A stretch of 64,000 nucleotides of DNA, from NCBI GenBank assembly GCA_043228905.1, contig JBHGNT010000003.1, forward strand, positions 22,010,001 through 22,074,000. The letters run 5' to 3'. The position numbers and the translations under genes are program-made. Source of the DNA: Azolla caroliniana (lineage: Eukaryota > Plantae > Polypodiophyta). Of this stretch, positions 52,301 to 64,000 are shown one piece after another; within the stretch, counting starts at the first letter, position 1, and each line of letters opens with the position of its first letter. The notes under the pieces are model-generated. The model was given only the letters and a program-made list of their open reading frames with translations. It had not been told where the DNA came from and did not search any database.

Positions 52301-55300
52301 CTAAATCTGATACTACTTGAGTTATTCTAAATATAACACTATCATATACGATACAGTCTAATACTAGTAGTATACCTGATCTATCTTTAGAGGATCCCCA
52401 TCCAAAAGGCGCGCATCTGCCGGAATGATATCACCAAGCTTCACACTGATGATGTCACCGGGGACCAAAACAGCTGCATCTTCTTCTATCCACTGCCCAT
52501 TTCTTAGAACCTAGAGATATATACACCATTTGAACTACCATGACTTCCGGAAGAGAAAAAATATTTATTCCAATTCATTTTAAAAAATCAGCAAAAGCTT
52601 TAAATCTTTGAAATTGTGTGACTTACGGGAGATTGATATACATACATAGTGATTTCTTTTCAAGGATGCAAAAGTATTAAAATGGCTGACATAGTGCGAC
52701 TTAAGGGAGAAAGAAAGAAAGAAAGATATATTAACGTCTTTTAAGAGGCCAAAATGGCCTATAAGACCAAATAAGAGATTACATCTTAAGTGTTGTCTCG
52801 TCTTGAGAAAAGAACACAAATTATTTATTGCTAAATTTTTAATCATTAAATCATTGAAATTGTGTGATTTAAAGAAGGCAAAACAATATACATACATACA
52901 TATATCTATCTATTTGTCTATGTATGTATGTATGTATGTATGTATGTATATGTACATGCAATTTATTCATGATATTGTTACCTAATGGAGAGGAAAAAAT
53001 ATCACAAAATTATTTATTTCGTAAAAAAAGCAAAGCAAGAAAACAAACCTTAGCTCTTGGAGCTAATCTAGCCATCAATGCTGCTGCAGCATTTCCTGCA
53101 TTGTTTTCTTCTATAAAACTTATGGTTGAGTTAATCACAAGAAGTGTAATAATGCCAAAAAAATCTTGCCAATCTGGAGGCCTATCCTGTAAACGGAATT
53201 ATATAAAAGGACCATTGAGAAAATGTATAGAAGAAAAAAATCATACTTTGAAATAAGGATAAACTAGAAACATCAGCATATAAATGAAAATGTGGTTATG
53301 AACAAAATGATAGAAACAACAAATAAAGGGAAGAGCATAATTGAAATTATTATAAAATGCAAATGTTTAGTAGACAAGCTATAAATGATAGTAAAAAAGA
53401 AATATAGCTAACAAGAAAAATTCAATAGAAATGACCTACAGCAGAATAAATAAGGTATCAAAGAAAATCATCACAGGTATAAGGCATAAAAAAGAAAATA
53501 ATGGAACAGAATCAAGGCATGAACGAAAAACATCATAATAATACGATATAAAAGAAAAACATTCCACACATTAAAGAAGAAAAATGAATGGAAATATAGC
53601 TACAAAGAGAAACCTGATAGTAAAAAGGTAAGATATTAGTGAACTTACATCACCATTTGCAAGAGCAATGGCCATTATAGCTGCAGCTTCCATGACCCAA
53701 GAAAGGGGATTCCACATAAACCCTAGGAATTTGAGGAATTTGCTTTCCTGGAACAATTAGAAAAACATTAACGAGTCCTTCCTGGACATGAAGATTTATA
53801 TGAAGATGGAAAATTAAATTGAAGAAGACAATACCTAAAACACGGTAAAAATAGAGAGGAAACAAGTGAAAAGGAAAAAACCAAAAAAACAACAAGAACA
53901 AAAGCAGACGTGAAGAAAGAGTGTGAGAGAGAGAGAGTAAAATGAATTATACATACATGTCTACATATGCATATATGTCGTTGCATACGTATATAGATAC
54001 ACACATATCCATATACGTATACATGTACACATATACCTATCTATCTATCTAACAGATACAGTGACACAGAAAATTCTATGCACAGATGAAAAGAGATACT
54101 AGTATGAGTCATAATCTGAGCTAATTACTTTCTTTTCCTCGAGCTTGTTGTATCCAAAAATGTCAAGTCTCTCTTCGACTTCATCAGAAGTAAGTCCCGA
54201 TTTTGAACACCTGAGTTGTTCAAATACCTCCTCCACAGGTATGTTCTCCTGTGAAATTTAATTCCGATTTTATATATCAGTTAGTTGAGTTAATCTTTGA
54301 TTAATTTAGTTTTGCAACCTAAGAAATGTGGTCAAGTCTTAATTTCAAACTGATTAATTATTTAAATAATTAATCGATTACACTATTCATGCATTAATTA
54401 GCTTTCACACGAAAAAAAAAAGATAGCTTTATGGAAATGTCATTGGAAACTTGGATGGCGTTTTTGTTTCTGATAATTACAGTGGTATACATTTTCCCTC
54501 GCATATTGTAGGAGGAAGACGGAAGAAAATGAGAAGAAGATGGATCTCATAATCGTGAGTCACTCATTTCATTTGCATTTCTTCGGTCTGTATTTTATGG
54601 TTAATCTGTCACAGCCAATAACTGATTGAAAACAAAAATTCTCGCTAACCAGATGGCACATCCATAGTTATAAGGCTTGATTATGTACGGTACACGATAG
54701 ATATTTCTTTCATCACCAAGAAACATGATGGCATTACCCTACAGCGCAGCACCAATTCCAGGTGCTGAAAATTTTTATCAGCCCATTCAGAGACTCTTCT
54801 AAGGGGGGTTGGAATATTTAGAAATAGCTCCATTGTCCCTCGTGAATTTTGACCAGCCTTCGAATTGATATTAGAAGAAATTATTGTCTCAGATTCATAC
54901 CAGTGATGTCTAGCACAAGTTTTGGGACTAGGGTTCAGGGTTTGGGGTGTTATCATGTTTGGTTAAATATGATAACGCAAAAGAATTATAGAGAAATGAA
55001 GAACTCAGTCATGACGCACGGCAAGTCTTGAATAGAGTCTGATTGCAAAAATATTTGTTCCATGAGCTATTGTAGGCCTGACCTTATCCCAATAGCGGCA
55101 AAAACAAAATCATACATCCAATGTAATGTCACATGTGTTTCTTCATGTGTGAGACCATCTAAGTAAGACACTGTATTCACAAGGATGAACACACATACGG
55201 TCATATAGCTTCTTGGGGAGATCTAGCTGTTTCTGCAAATGAAATGGGTGTTCTGTAGGATATGAGGGTTTTAATACCTTCTTGGGAATAATGCGTGTTT

Positions 55301-57583
55301 ATGTTCAATTTTTTGCGGACACATTGGGGATTAATGTGGCATAAATGGTAGATGTACTACCATATAAACGAAATGCACCGCTCTATTTTTTGCAAGAGGG
55401 TAAATAGTTGGGCATATCATGATTCAAAGGGACTCATTTTTTCAGTTTTCAGCTATAACCATATGCAAATCTTATGATTAAGTCATCATGCTGTATCTGG
55501 CATTAACCATCACAGAGTGATTTCGCCACATTGCATAATGATCTTTTGCATTGTCACAGTGATTTTTCCCCATTGCTGGAGTGGTTCTTCTCGATTGTCA
55601 AACTGATTCTTCGCATTGCTGGAGTCATTCTTCAGCGCGGTTTCACATCCCAGTGGCATTTTGAGGAGGTCGGTTGAGCTTAATAGTTGCAACTGTATAG
55701 TATGGCGTGGGATGAGGATGAAGAAGATGACGAAAATGAAAAAATGATGATGATGAATGAATGAAAAGGTATGAAAATGATGAAGACGATGACGAAAATG
55801 AAAAAGTGATGATGATGATGAATGAAAAGATATGAAGATGATGAAGAAGAGGTAAAGATGACAATGGTGATGAGGAAGAATGGAAAAGTTTGAAGATGAT
55901 GAAGAACTTCTACGAATAATGAAGAAAGAAAAAAGGAAGAAGAAAAACATGACCTTCAAAACATAAATGTATACTATGCCTTTAATTTTTCAAACATCAT
56001 GAGATTTTAAGAGAAGAAATGTAAGAAAGAAAACGATGATGAAGATGATAGCTTTTGGAAATCCTAAAAGGCATTGATTTGGTTTAAATTGATAAAATAT
56101 GTGACAGGAGAGGAAGAAAGAAAGATGGTGATGAAGACTGGAGAAAAAAGAATGAAGACAGAAAGAGGAAGGAGGAAGATAGAAAGAAGAGGTAAGATCA
56201 CTAAGATGAAGAAAGAAGGAAATAAAGAAGAACAAGAACGAACGAGGAGGATTAAGGAAAAGAAGAAGAAGAAGAAGACGAAGAAGAAGAAGAAAGACGG
56301 AGGAAGATTAAGACGAACGATAAGAACGAGGAAGAAAATGACGAAGAAGTCTGAAGACCAATAAGACTTTAATGAGGTCTCTTTTAACGTATAAGAGATT
56401 TAGGTGAGTATAATTAGCAGATCAATTAACTAAAACATTGAACTCTTAAATTAGCATAACTGCTCGTCTTAATTAGCAAAATTAACAAACTAAAACTTTA
56501 CAGATTAATGAGCAAAGAACTTCTTTGTTAGATGCAATTTAAACTTTTTTTAGAATATTCTTTCCATATCTTTCAGAAGACTAAATGAACCTCTTTTTCT
56601 TCAGAAGATTAAATGGACCTGTTTTTCTTCAGAAGATAAGCTAAAAAAATTCAAGCAGATGAATTTCAGACCTTTTCTTTCTAGAAGAAGTAATTAACGT
56701 TTCAAGCAAGTTTAACTTTGCAATAATTTTTTAATCAAAGTAAACACAGAAAAGATTATATATTAAAACATTAAACGTATTTCGCAGGCATCAAATTTTT
56801 AATATTATAATCTTTTTGCATATACGAGAATTTCAAAAGTAATTTACTCTAAAAATCCTTTTCTTTTGAAGCATAGCTAATTCAATTTGAAAACTTTGTA
56901 AGCAGATTAAATTTTAGCAGTAATTTTAAGCAGGCATTATATAATACTTAAAATCTCTAAGCAGATCCAAATTAAGGAATTTATAATAATACTACAATAT
57001 CTAACAGATTTAAATTACAAGCAGATCCAAATTAAGGAATTTATAATAATACTACAATATCTAACAGATTTAAATTACTAAATATTTCTAAGTAATGGTT
57101 GAAAGAACATTATAAAACATTTTCTTATTAGCAGATAAAATGAACCAACATTAACCATGGCAGATTAAACGAACTAAACATTCGAAATCTTTTCAAGCAG
57201 ATGAATTAACGAATCCTTTTAAAATCTCTTTTAAGCACATTGATTAGCTAACCATAACAATTAGTTTATATTTTGGATAACTTAAGGTTAAGTAAAACAG
57301 ATTCACCAGTATTGAAATTATTAGCAGATTAAGTACCTAACTGAACTTATCAGCTGATTAATTAGCTAAAACGTAGCAGAAGGAGGAACTAAGAATTAGT
57401 GGCTAAGTGAACTAATTTCAATAGATTAAAGAACTAAATTTAGAAGACTAAATGGCTAAGGCTAGCAGATTAATTAACTCGTTAATATATATATATATAT
57501 ATATAATTGTTTGTATACTTAATACTTACAAGATCAACGGCTTCCTTGCTAATAGCATCAAGGCTTGCCGCTTTCTCTCCCAT
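46323..57583 (-). CDS. AHA: Plasma-membrane H+-ATPase (P3A-type ATPase), 21 exons, ~952 aa
   Basis: GT-AG exons: 57583-57530, 54248-54129, 53747-53649, 53186-53049, 52510-52376, 51665-51486, 51366-51160, 51012-50893, 50803-50684, 50590-50468, 50074-49970, 49832-49688, 49489-49325, 49128-48890, 48757-48725, 48648-48567, 48454-48294, 47661-47488, 47342-47160, 46708-46530, 46419-46323 (sum 2859 nt). Motifs [26 protein letters not shown] and [16 protein letters not shown] are present. The C-terminus is QQAYTV* (penultimate-Thr 14-3-3 site). An in-frame ATG also exists 6 nt upstream (57589). Confidence 0.97.
50041..50400 (-). repeat. Degenerate ~73-bp tandem array (5 units) spanning the intron 10/exon 11 junction of the H+-ATPase
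   Basis: Units beginning CA(A/G)TTTCAG start at 50041, 50115, ~50188 and 50261, and a TAATCTCAG unit starts at ~50334. Each is followed by an ...GAAA(G/A)A.(T/G)CT(G/T)CA-like segment. Confidence 0.8.
55690..56360. repeat. Low-complexity (GAT/GAA)n-rich region in H+-ATPase intron 1
   Basis: Runs of GATGAT, GAAGAA and GACGAA. The ORFs here are compositionally biased. Confidence 0.85.
56959..57078 (+). repeat. Perfect 60-bp tandem duplication in H+-ATPase intron 1
   Basis: AAGCAGATCCAAATTAAGGAATTTATAATAATACTACAATATCTAACAGATTTAAATTAC starts at 56959 and 57019. Confidence 0.96.
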
Positions 57584-58503
57584 TTTCATTTATTTATTTA
57601 GCTCAGGATTGGATCACAAATTATTATAATCTCTGAGGAACATATACATACATATAATATCTATTAAGTCTTTCTTCAGCGATTAGAGAGTCTCGATGCT
57701 TCTCGTTATTGAAATGCTTATAATTATATGGGGTACTTATTTCAGAAGGCAGAGAAATGATGAAAGAAAACTGCTGAAGAAGAAGAAGAAATGTTTTTCC
57801 AGAGAGCCTTTTATTGAAGAGAGGAGGGGGGGAAAAACAAAATTTAAAACAAATTAATCAATTAATAGATAGTATATATGTATGTATACTGAAAGAAGGA
57901 GACGAAAAAGAAAATACATAAATAAATAAAAGCGGAAACTTGTGCTTTTTTTTTGTTTTCTTTGCTTTTCGAAGAAAAGCAAACTTGAAGTGGTTTTGAG
58001 TTGTACCAAAAAACCACCAAAGCAATACCAGAAAACGGTGAGGATGGTGGGATTAGGTAGTGAAGTTCTATTGTGGTTTTAAACGTTCTCCCAGTTTTGC
58101 TTTTTGCAGCTACTCATCCCTGTTGTTTCTCGTTTGCTTTCTCATGAATGAGAGTGTTCATTTTGCGTGATTTATTATGCATACATATACATAGACACAT
58201 ACATACGTACATACACACACACGTACGTACGTACGTACATACACACACATGAATACATACATACATACATACAGTATACTGATGCACACACACATGCATG
58301 AATGCATACACCTTATTATAATTACCCAACCTACCCCCTCAAAAGATGTGTGATTTTTTGGTGTGACCCTAGGCCAACTGTCCCATTCTATTCGCCCTCA
58401 ACTTTTAGCCTTCTTCCCTCCCCTTTACACGTGAATCTTACTTGTCTCCCTTGTAATTCTCCACACTCCCACGTCGTGAACAACAACATTATCGCCGTCG
58501 CCA

Positions 58504-58635
58504 TCATTGTGAATAGATTGAGAATACTTAATTGTATTGATAACCAATAGTATGCTTATGTTGTCTTGCTCATTGTGAATAGATTGAGAATACTTAATTG
58601 TATTGATAACCAATAGTATGCTTATGTTGTCTTGC
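58504..58635 (+). repeat. Perfect 66-bp tandem duplication upstream of the H+-ATPase
   Basis: TCATTGTGAATAGATTGAGAATACTTAATTGTATTGATAACCAATAGTATGCTTATGTTGTCTTGC starts at 58504 and 58570. Confidence 0.95.
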
Positions 58636-59577
58636 TGATTCACATTCTTATTTTCACTCATAACATTCGTATGTATGTTTATGTGTAAACATACATACAA
58701 ATACATACAACATGCACGTGCCACATATACGTAGATGATTCATGTATGTAGATAGATAGGTAGATATCTTTTTAACATCCGCACGAGACTTGTTGTGATC
58801 TATGAGATCAAGCCTAGGTCATCGTGAGGATTGAACTTAGGTTCTCTCAATTGTATGACTAATATACACACTTGCTCATGTTAACCAAATTTTACCATGA
58901 TGGCAACATATATGGTCATCTCATCCTTCACATTGTCCAATAGTGTTTCTTTCACACGCACCTTTTTTTATGACCGGAAGGCCTTAAAACTCTAACACAA
59001 TTCAATGAAACATGTTTTTGAGTGTAATGATTAAGGTGGATGTCATGGACAAATTCCTTATCCAATTGGTAAAGCGATTTGTGTTGTTATATCTAGCCAC
59101 CTTTCCATGGTTTTTTCTTAAGAAGCCCTAATGTTATCCCTCAAACCATATAATGCAATATTCAAACAACCTCACGACAAATGGATTCTTGTTTGATGGC
59201 CTATTTCAAGTGCAGTTCAACATATATATGTAGGCTAAAAGGAAAGTAGATTTGGTCATTCTCACAATTGAAATTTGAGATCTAAAGATACCTTTTTTTA
59301 CTCAAATGAGTGTTATTAATGTCATGCCCTATAGGGTTTACCTTGCCATAAGATCCTCACTATCATATGGAAAAACAAAGTTTTTTTGTACGAGTCACGA
59401 CCATGATGTTTTAATACATTAACTACTTTCATGGGAGAGAGACCCAGATTTAGAAGCACACAGGACTCAAGATGTGCAAACATAAGTATAAATCATGAAG
59501 ACAAGAATATTGCGCTCAAACAGTAAGTGGAGAGTGTACCAAGGTGATCAAACCATCATCCAAGGTGTTTGTGTATG

Positions 59578-59623
<46 letters not shown>

Positions 59624-62600
59624 CTTCCCTCTCTCAAGCCGGTTCATTGGTAGGAGAAACTCCCAACATAATATCCATAACGCAATTCCTTTTTGACAAC
59701 TCAATAGTTAGTTTCTTGATAAATTTCACGCTAATACAATGCACGCGCATCATTTTTTAATCATTATGCTTGCACATGATAAACATGGGTTGAAACTTAA
59801 TAATATAACACTTCTTAGACAAGCTCTCTATATTCATAAACATTTTAGATGATGAAACGTTCTCCTATCTCCGTTGAAACTTGAAACTATTTGAAACAAC
59901 CATTCCTCTAGTTTAGACTAGGTATAAACTAATCATATAATATATCAAGCACTTGAGCATGTGTAGAAGGATTACACGATTAATGTATAGGGTAATCCTC
60001 ATGTGGAAAACCAAAGTGTGGTTGCATTTACATATATTGTTTGGTTGGGAGGTGAAAACAAGTGAATGAGGGAATATTTTCAAACTTTTCTCTTTGAAAA
60101 CTCCATCCAGGTTTACTCATGGGAAAACCTTATTAGCATCAAATTTGGTGTTAGCAATATCTACCTATGGTCTAACAAGAACCAAATATATCTCTAATTA
60201 TATGTTTTTCTAGAATAAGGTTGATCAAAATTCTCACCTCATAAATATGTTCCATAAACAGTCATTCTAGGTCATCAATAATTTCAATCTAGGTGTCTCA
60301 AAGAGCTTATATCGAGTTAGGTTTCATATCTCCCTTGATATGTTGGTAACAAGTAGGTTATTGACGACATCACTGAGAGCTCATTAGCTAATCTTCAAAA
60401 AAAACATTTTTCATTAAATTGTTGTTAGTAACACCAACTATATCTTTAAAAGTACACGAGAGGTAAAGTAGTAGGTTGCATCATTTCCTTAACAAGGGTG
60501 AAGATAATAGCACGTAGGTACATTAAGTAGAAACAATACATAGACTTAACATACTCGTGGAAGAAAGAACATTGAATCAATAATCAAAAGAGGTTGTACA
60601 CAATCTTCTTTTTATCAATACACAACCATTTCTTGGTATACAAATTCATTGGAGTTAACTTGAGCCTTGGCATTGCAAGCAAGATGTGTGCTTTGCATGC
60701 TCCTTGTGTCCTCGATAAGTTGAAACAAGTTGGATGCATTTCTATCCATGAAGTTGAATTTGAGAGGATATTGTGAAGCTATGTACAACTCAAAACATGA
60801 TGTCATAATGTAGCAAATGATAACGTAAAGATGATATGAACTACATATCTAATAGATTATTAGATAGGGAACATTGAAAATAATTAACGATGTAAAAAAA
60901 GAACTTGTCAAAATAATGAACCACGTTGCAAACCAACTAGATAAATTTGAAACAATAAAGCATGTCATGGAAACCCTTAAGTACGGCGAAGGCATATTAA
61001 ATGAGCATTGTCCGATGATGAAGATAATGAGAAGATTGGTAGTTAAAAGGAAAAAACACATGTAATGATAAATAAAGAGCACCCCTTTCTTTATGAGTTC
61101 CTTTAAAATATCACAACTATCGTGGTCCAATCTTAAACAAAATATATTATGCCCTCAAGTACAACCAACTTAGTGTTTTTTTGCAAAAATAGGACATTGT
61201 ACCGTGTTATCCAAAGGCATACCTATATAATGAATCTTTAGCAACTCACTTCCAACCGCTATCGCGTTGGGCGTGATAGTTCTTTCACTATGAGTGCATA
61301 TTCGTGATTGTCGTGAATCAAACTACAATTGTTACTATTATAAAATTTGAATATCAATCACATTTTAGGACGTAATTTGTATATATTTTTCAGATAGTTA
61401 AAATAAATAACATTATCCTCTTATTCGCATTGTCTTTGCTATGATGGTTTTCACTTCAAGAAAAAATGTCGATGTTGACATCAATTATGATTATAACGCC
61501 ATGTTTTAGGCGCAATCTCTTTGTGCTTGTGATCGCAAACAAAAGTTACATTATGATTAAGACAATGGTGATTAGCCAAAGTAATGTATTGTCTAAAATG
61601 CCATAGTGTTTTATAGCTTGAAACATCATATATTTCTTAGTTCTTACTTCAAAATGTGAAGATCCATTATGTGTGAGTGTTTCTCCATTCTACCCGTTAA
61701 AGGGAATCTAACACACAAAGAGACATTGAATGTGAATTCATTCATTGCATTTTGATCATAACCCCCATTAGCCAGAGACAATATTTTCTCTCTCACTTTC
61801 AAAGTCATAAATATACCAAATAACAATGCCAAATTTCTAGTTTTTGCATTTGGTGTGCCACTTGAGTCCACATATGAATATTAAAAACTTGCGAATGTAT
61901 TTTATAAATCATCATCAATGTTAAATATCTTCCTCCAAGCCAACAAAGATCAAAGACGGCAATAGAAATATGTAGTAACAAGCACACAAAACATAGAATT
62001 TCATTGAGTTTAATTTCAAGGTGACGTAATAAGTTGAGATGAGTTGAAATGAGTTTCATTTTGCAAAATTCCAAACCTTCAATTGATCATATTGACACAA
62101 TATGGATAATCATTATAGGGTCACTCTTGTGGATGATTCCTTCACATTTTTGCATGCACATAAAAACTGCATTTGCAAGATGTATTTGCATGACTTCAAG
62201 ATTGTGAGTCAATCTATTTGTATAAATTAGTTTAGATTGCTCAATAAAAATCATTCTATTGATAATGAATTAAGTCTAATTTGGATTCATGTATCTAATT
62301 GTTGGAACTTGGCTCATTGAGTGGTTCTATTATAGGAATCTAGATAAATTTAAGTGTAGGGCGTCTCAAATGTGACATTTCGATATGCGATTGGAAGTGA
62401 ATCACCTACACTTTCAACCTTTTTCATTGCTACCATTGTAGGACGTCTTACATTGTCGCCACTTATTCACCCTTAAAAGGGAAGGAGAAACAAAATGTCT
62501 TAAAAGTTGGATTGCCTAGAATCACATTTGTTTGCCCAAACGGATGTAGGTGCAACAAGGTTGATTCTTCTAGCCATGATTGCTTGTAGGTTTATCTTTC

Positions 62601-62913
62601 TTCACAATGAATTTGTTTAAAACTACTTGAATTCAAATTTGTTGCCGTTAAATTCTAAATAAGTGGAATGTTGTTAACATCCACACATCTAGGCAGGCGT
62701 TTTTCCAATTGTCTTCAAATTTGGATCCTTTTATTGCTACATTTTCCATTCCCATTAACATGTTCTCTCAACTTGATCCTCATTTTGTAGAGTGTAATCA
62801 TTTGTAATCTTCATGCATGTTTCACCAACGTCAATGTTTGATACTCCAACCCTCCATGCTACCTCACAAGTGATAGGTTCCAATGTTTTTGTTCTTTTAC
62901 TTGTCATTTTTAG

Positions 62914-63012
62914 TGTTACGGGCATGACCATATAATATCCCGTGGTAAGAATTTACCAAGAATACTACGGTAAATTCTTACCACGGGATATTATATGGTC
63001 ATGCCCGTAACA
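62914..63012. mobile_element. 99-bp fold-back mini-element made of two inverted copies of the gypsy LTR start, with 5-bp TSD
   Basis: Perfect 44-bp inverted arms (62914-62957 and 62969-63012) surround an 11-nt loop. The TSD TTTAG lies at 62909-62913 and 63013-63017. The sequence matches LTR ends at ~406-459 and ~895-948. Confidence 0.9.
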
Positions 63013-64000
63013 TTTAGGATGATCACTTGCCATCCAAAATATTGTTTGCAAGCCAATCATTCATATTGTCACACCTTTCATGATATTGTGGCCCAATTTC
63101 ACCATATCTATCATTTAGGGCACAATTACATACAATTACATTTTGATGTAATATTTCTAAGTTGTCATCTCATGGTATATGTACATATAGTTGGCATGTG
63201 GATTAAATGACAATGTCCCCAACATTGGTAGTAAGTTGGATTAGATTAGTGTAGCAGTATACTCTCACTTGCGGCTTGAATTGCTTCATAACATTGGGAT
63301 TTGTTGTTGATGACTTACATAACTCCCTTTGAGACATTAACACTTTTTAAGTTTGACAAAACTAACAAGGATTTTCAATATGAAGTTTATGAGACTATAA
63401 AAGGGCGGGCACTTCAAAATTTCAAATCTCCTCGTGGATAGATATTCATTTTTTTATCTTTCTAAGAAAACATATTTGAAGATTTGCCCATTGGATTTCC
63501 ACATCATGCGAGTTCGAAAATTTCCATCTACTACAAGTCTACATGTTAAAAACTGATTTGCTATTCAGCCTTGAGTTGAATGTATTTTGAGCGGATAAAA
63601 CATGGCATGGATTTATTTTTATTTCATTGATATTGGACTAGGACAAATTTTAAAAAATCCAAAACATGGTGAATTAAATTGAACTATAAAAGTAAATCCA
63701 AAACATTAATATGGGTTCCTATTTTTTGTTGTTGTTCATCACACTCCTTGACCCTCACACATATTCATATATACATTTTCTCAAAAAAACTATAAAAGAA
63801 ATGTTGGATCGACCTTCACTACACTCACTCTTTCATGCCTCTCAATAAGCTAAGGTAGATGTATTCTATTCTATTCGGTAGAAATAATGCTACCATATCA
63901 CATCTCTGCCACATTATGTACCAAAGTTTAAAGAGATTGAATTTGTTAAAAGGATTCACATTTTCAACCAAAACACAATGTAACTGGCTATTTTCTAATT

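Noticed and set aside
52731-52754. Resemblance of GTCTTTTAAGAGGCC to a histone 3' stem-loop
   Set aside because: The stem is imperfect, no histone gene is nearby, and land-plant histone mRNAs are polyadenylated.
55510-56364. Several His/Phe- or Lys/Glu-rich ORFs
   Set aside because: They come from low-complexity GAT/GAA sequence inside H+-ATPase intron 1.
58170-58750. Potential miRNA-like hairpins from (TACA)n/(TATG)n tracts (similar ones at 26340-26580)
   Set aside because: Pairing comes only from low-complexity microsatellites, and no recognisable mature miRNA sequence is present.
58820-58890. Degenerate B-box-like AAGTTCAATCC on the minus strand (possible old SINE)
   Set aside because: There is no clear A box, tail or TSD, so the evidence is too weak to call.
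59800-64000. Possible decayed DNA-transposon sequence surrounding the 99-bp hairpin
   Set aside because: The frames are too broken and no termini could be established by eye.

Overview
AT-rich plant nuclear (eukaryotic) DNA. There is no prokaryotic operon or CRISPR array. The left third (1-25 kb) is a retroelement graveyard. It holds a deleted Ty3/gypsy chromovirus element (19-948, TSD ATGAG), a decayed Ty1/copia, an RTE-like LINE remnant, and a ~4.8 kb L1 LINE interrupted by an LTR insertion (TSD CCGAT). It also has three short poly(A)-tailed, TSD-flanked retroposed inserts within 1.3 kb and a probable last exon of a gene lying upstream of the window. The right part is genic: a 7-exon ACT-domain repeat (ACR) gene (+), tRNA-Pro(AGG) (+), a 6-exon uncharacterised probably plastid-targeted gene (-), an intronless polyamine/amino-acid transporter (PUT/LAT family, -), and a 21-exon plasma-membrane H+-ATPase ending in YTV (-). 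Most unusual observations: (1) a 99-bp perfect fold-back element made only of two inverted copies of the gypsy LTR start, with its own 5-bp TSD (62914-63012); (2) two other LTR elements that keep their outer ends and TSDs but have lost almost all internal sequence; (3) a shared CTAACTAATG 3'-end motif in four non-LTR inserts; (4) tandem copies of a splice acceptor in an H+-ATPase intron; (5) an identical 34-bp motif shared by the ACR upstream region and an H+-ATPase intron. All coordinates and identities were read by eye; no database searches were run.
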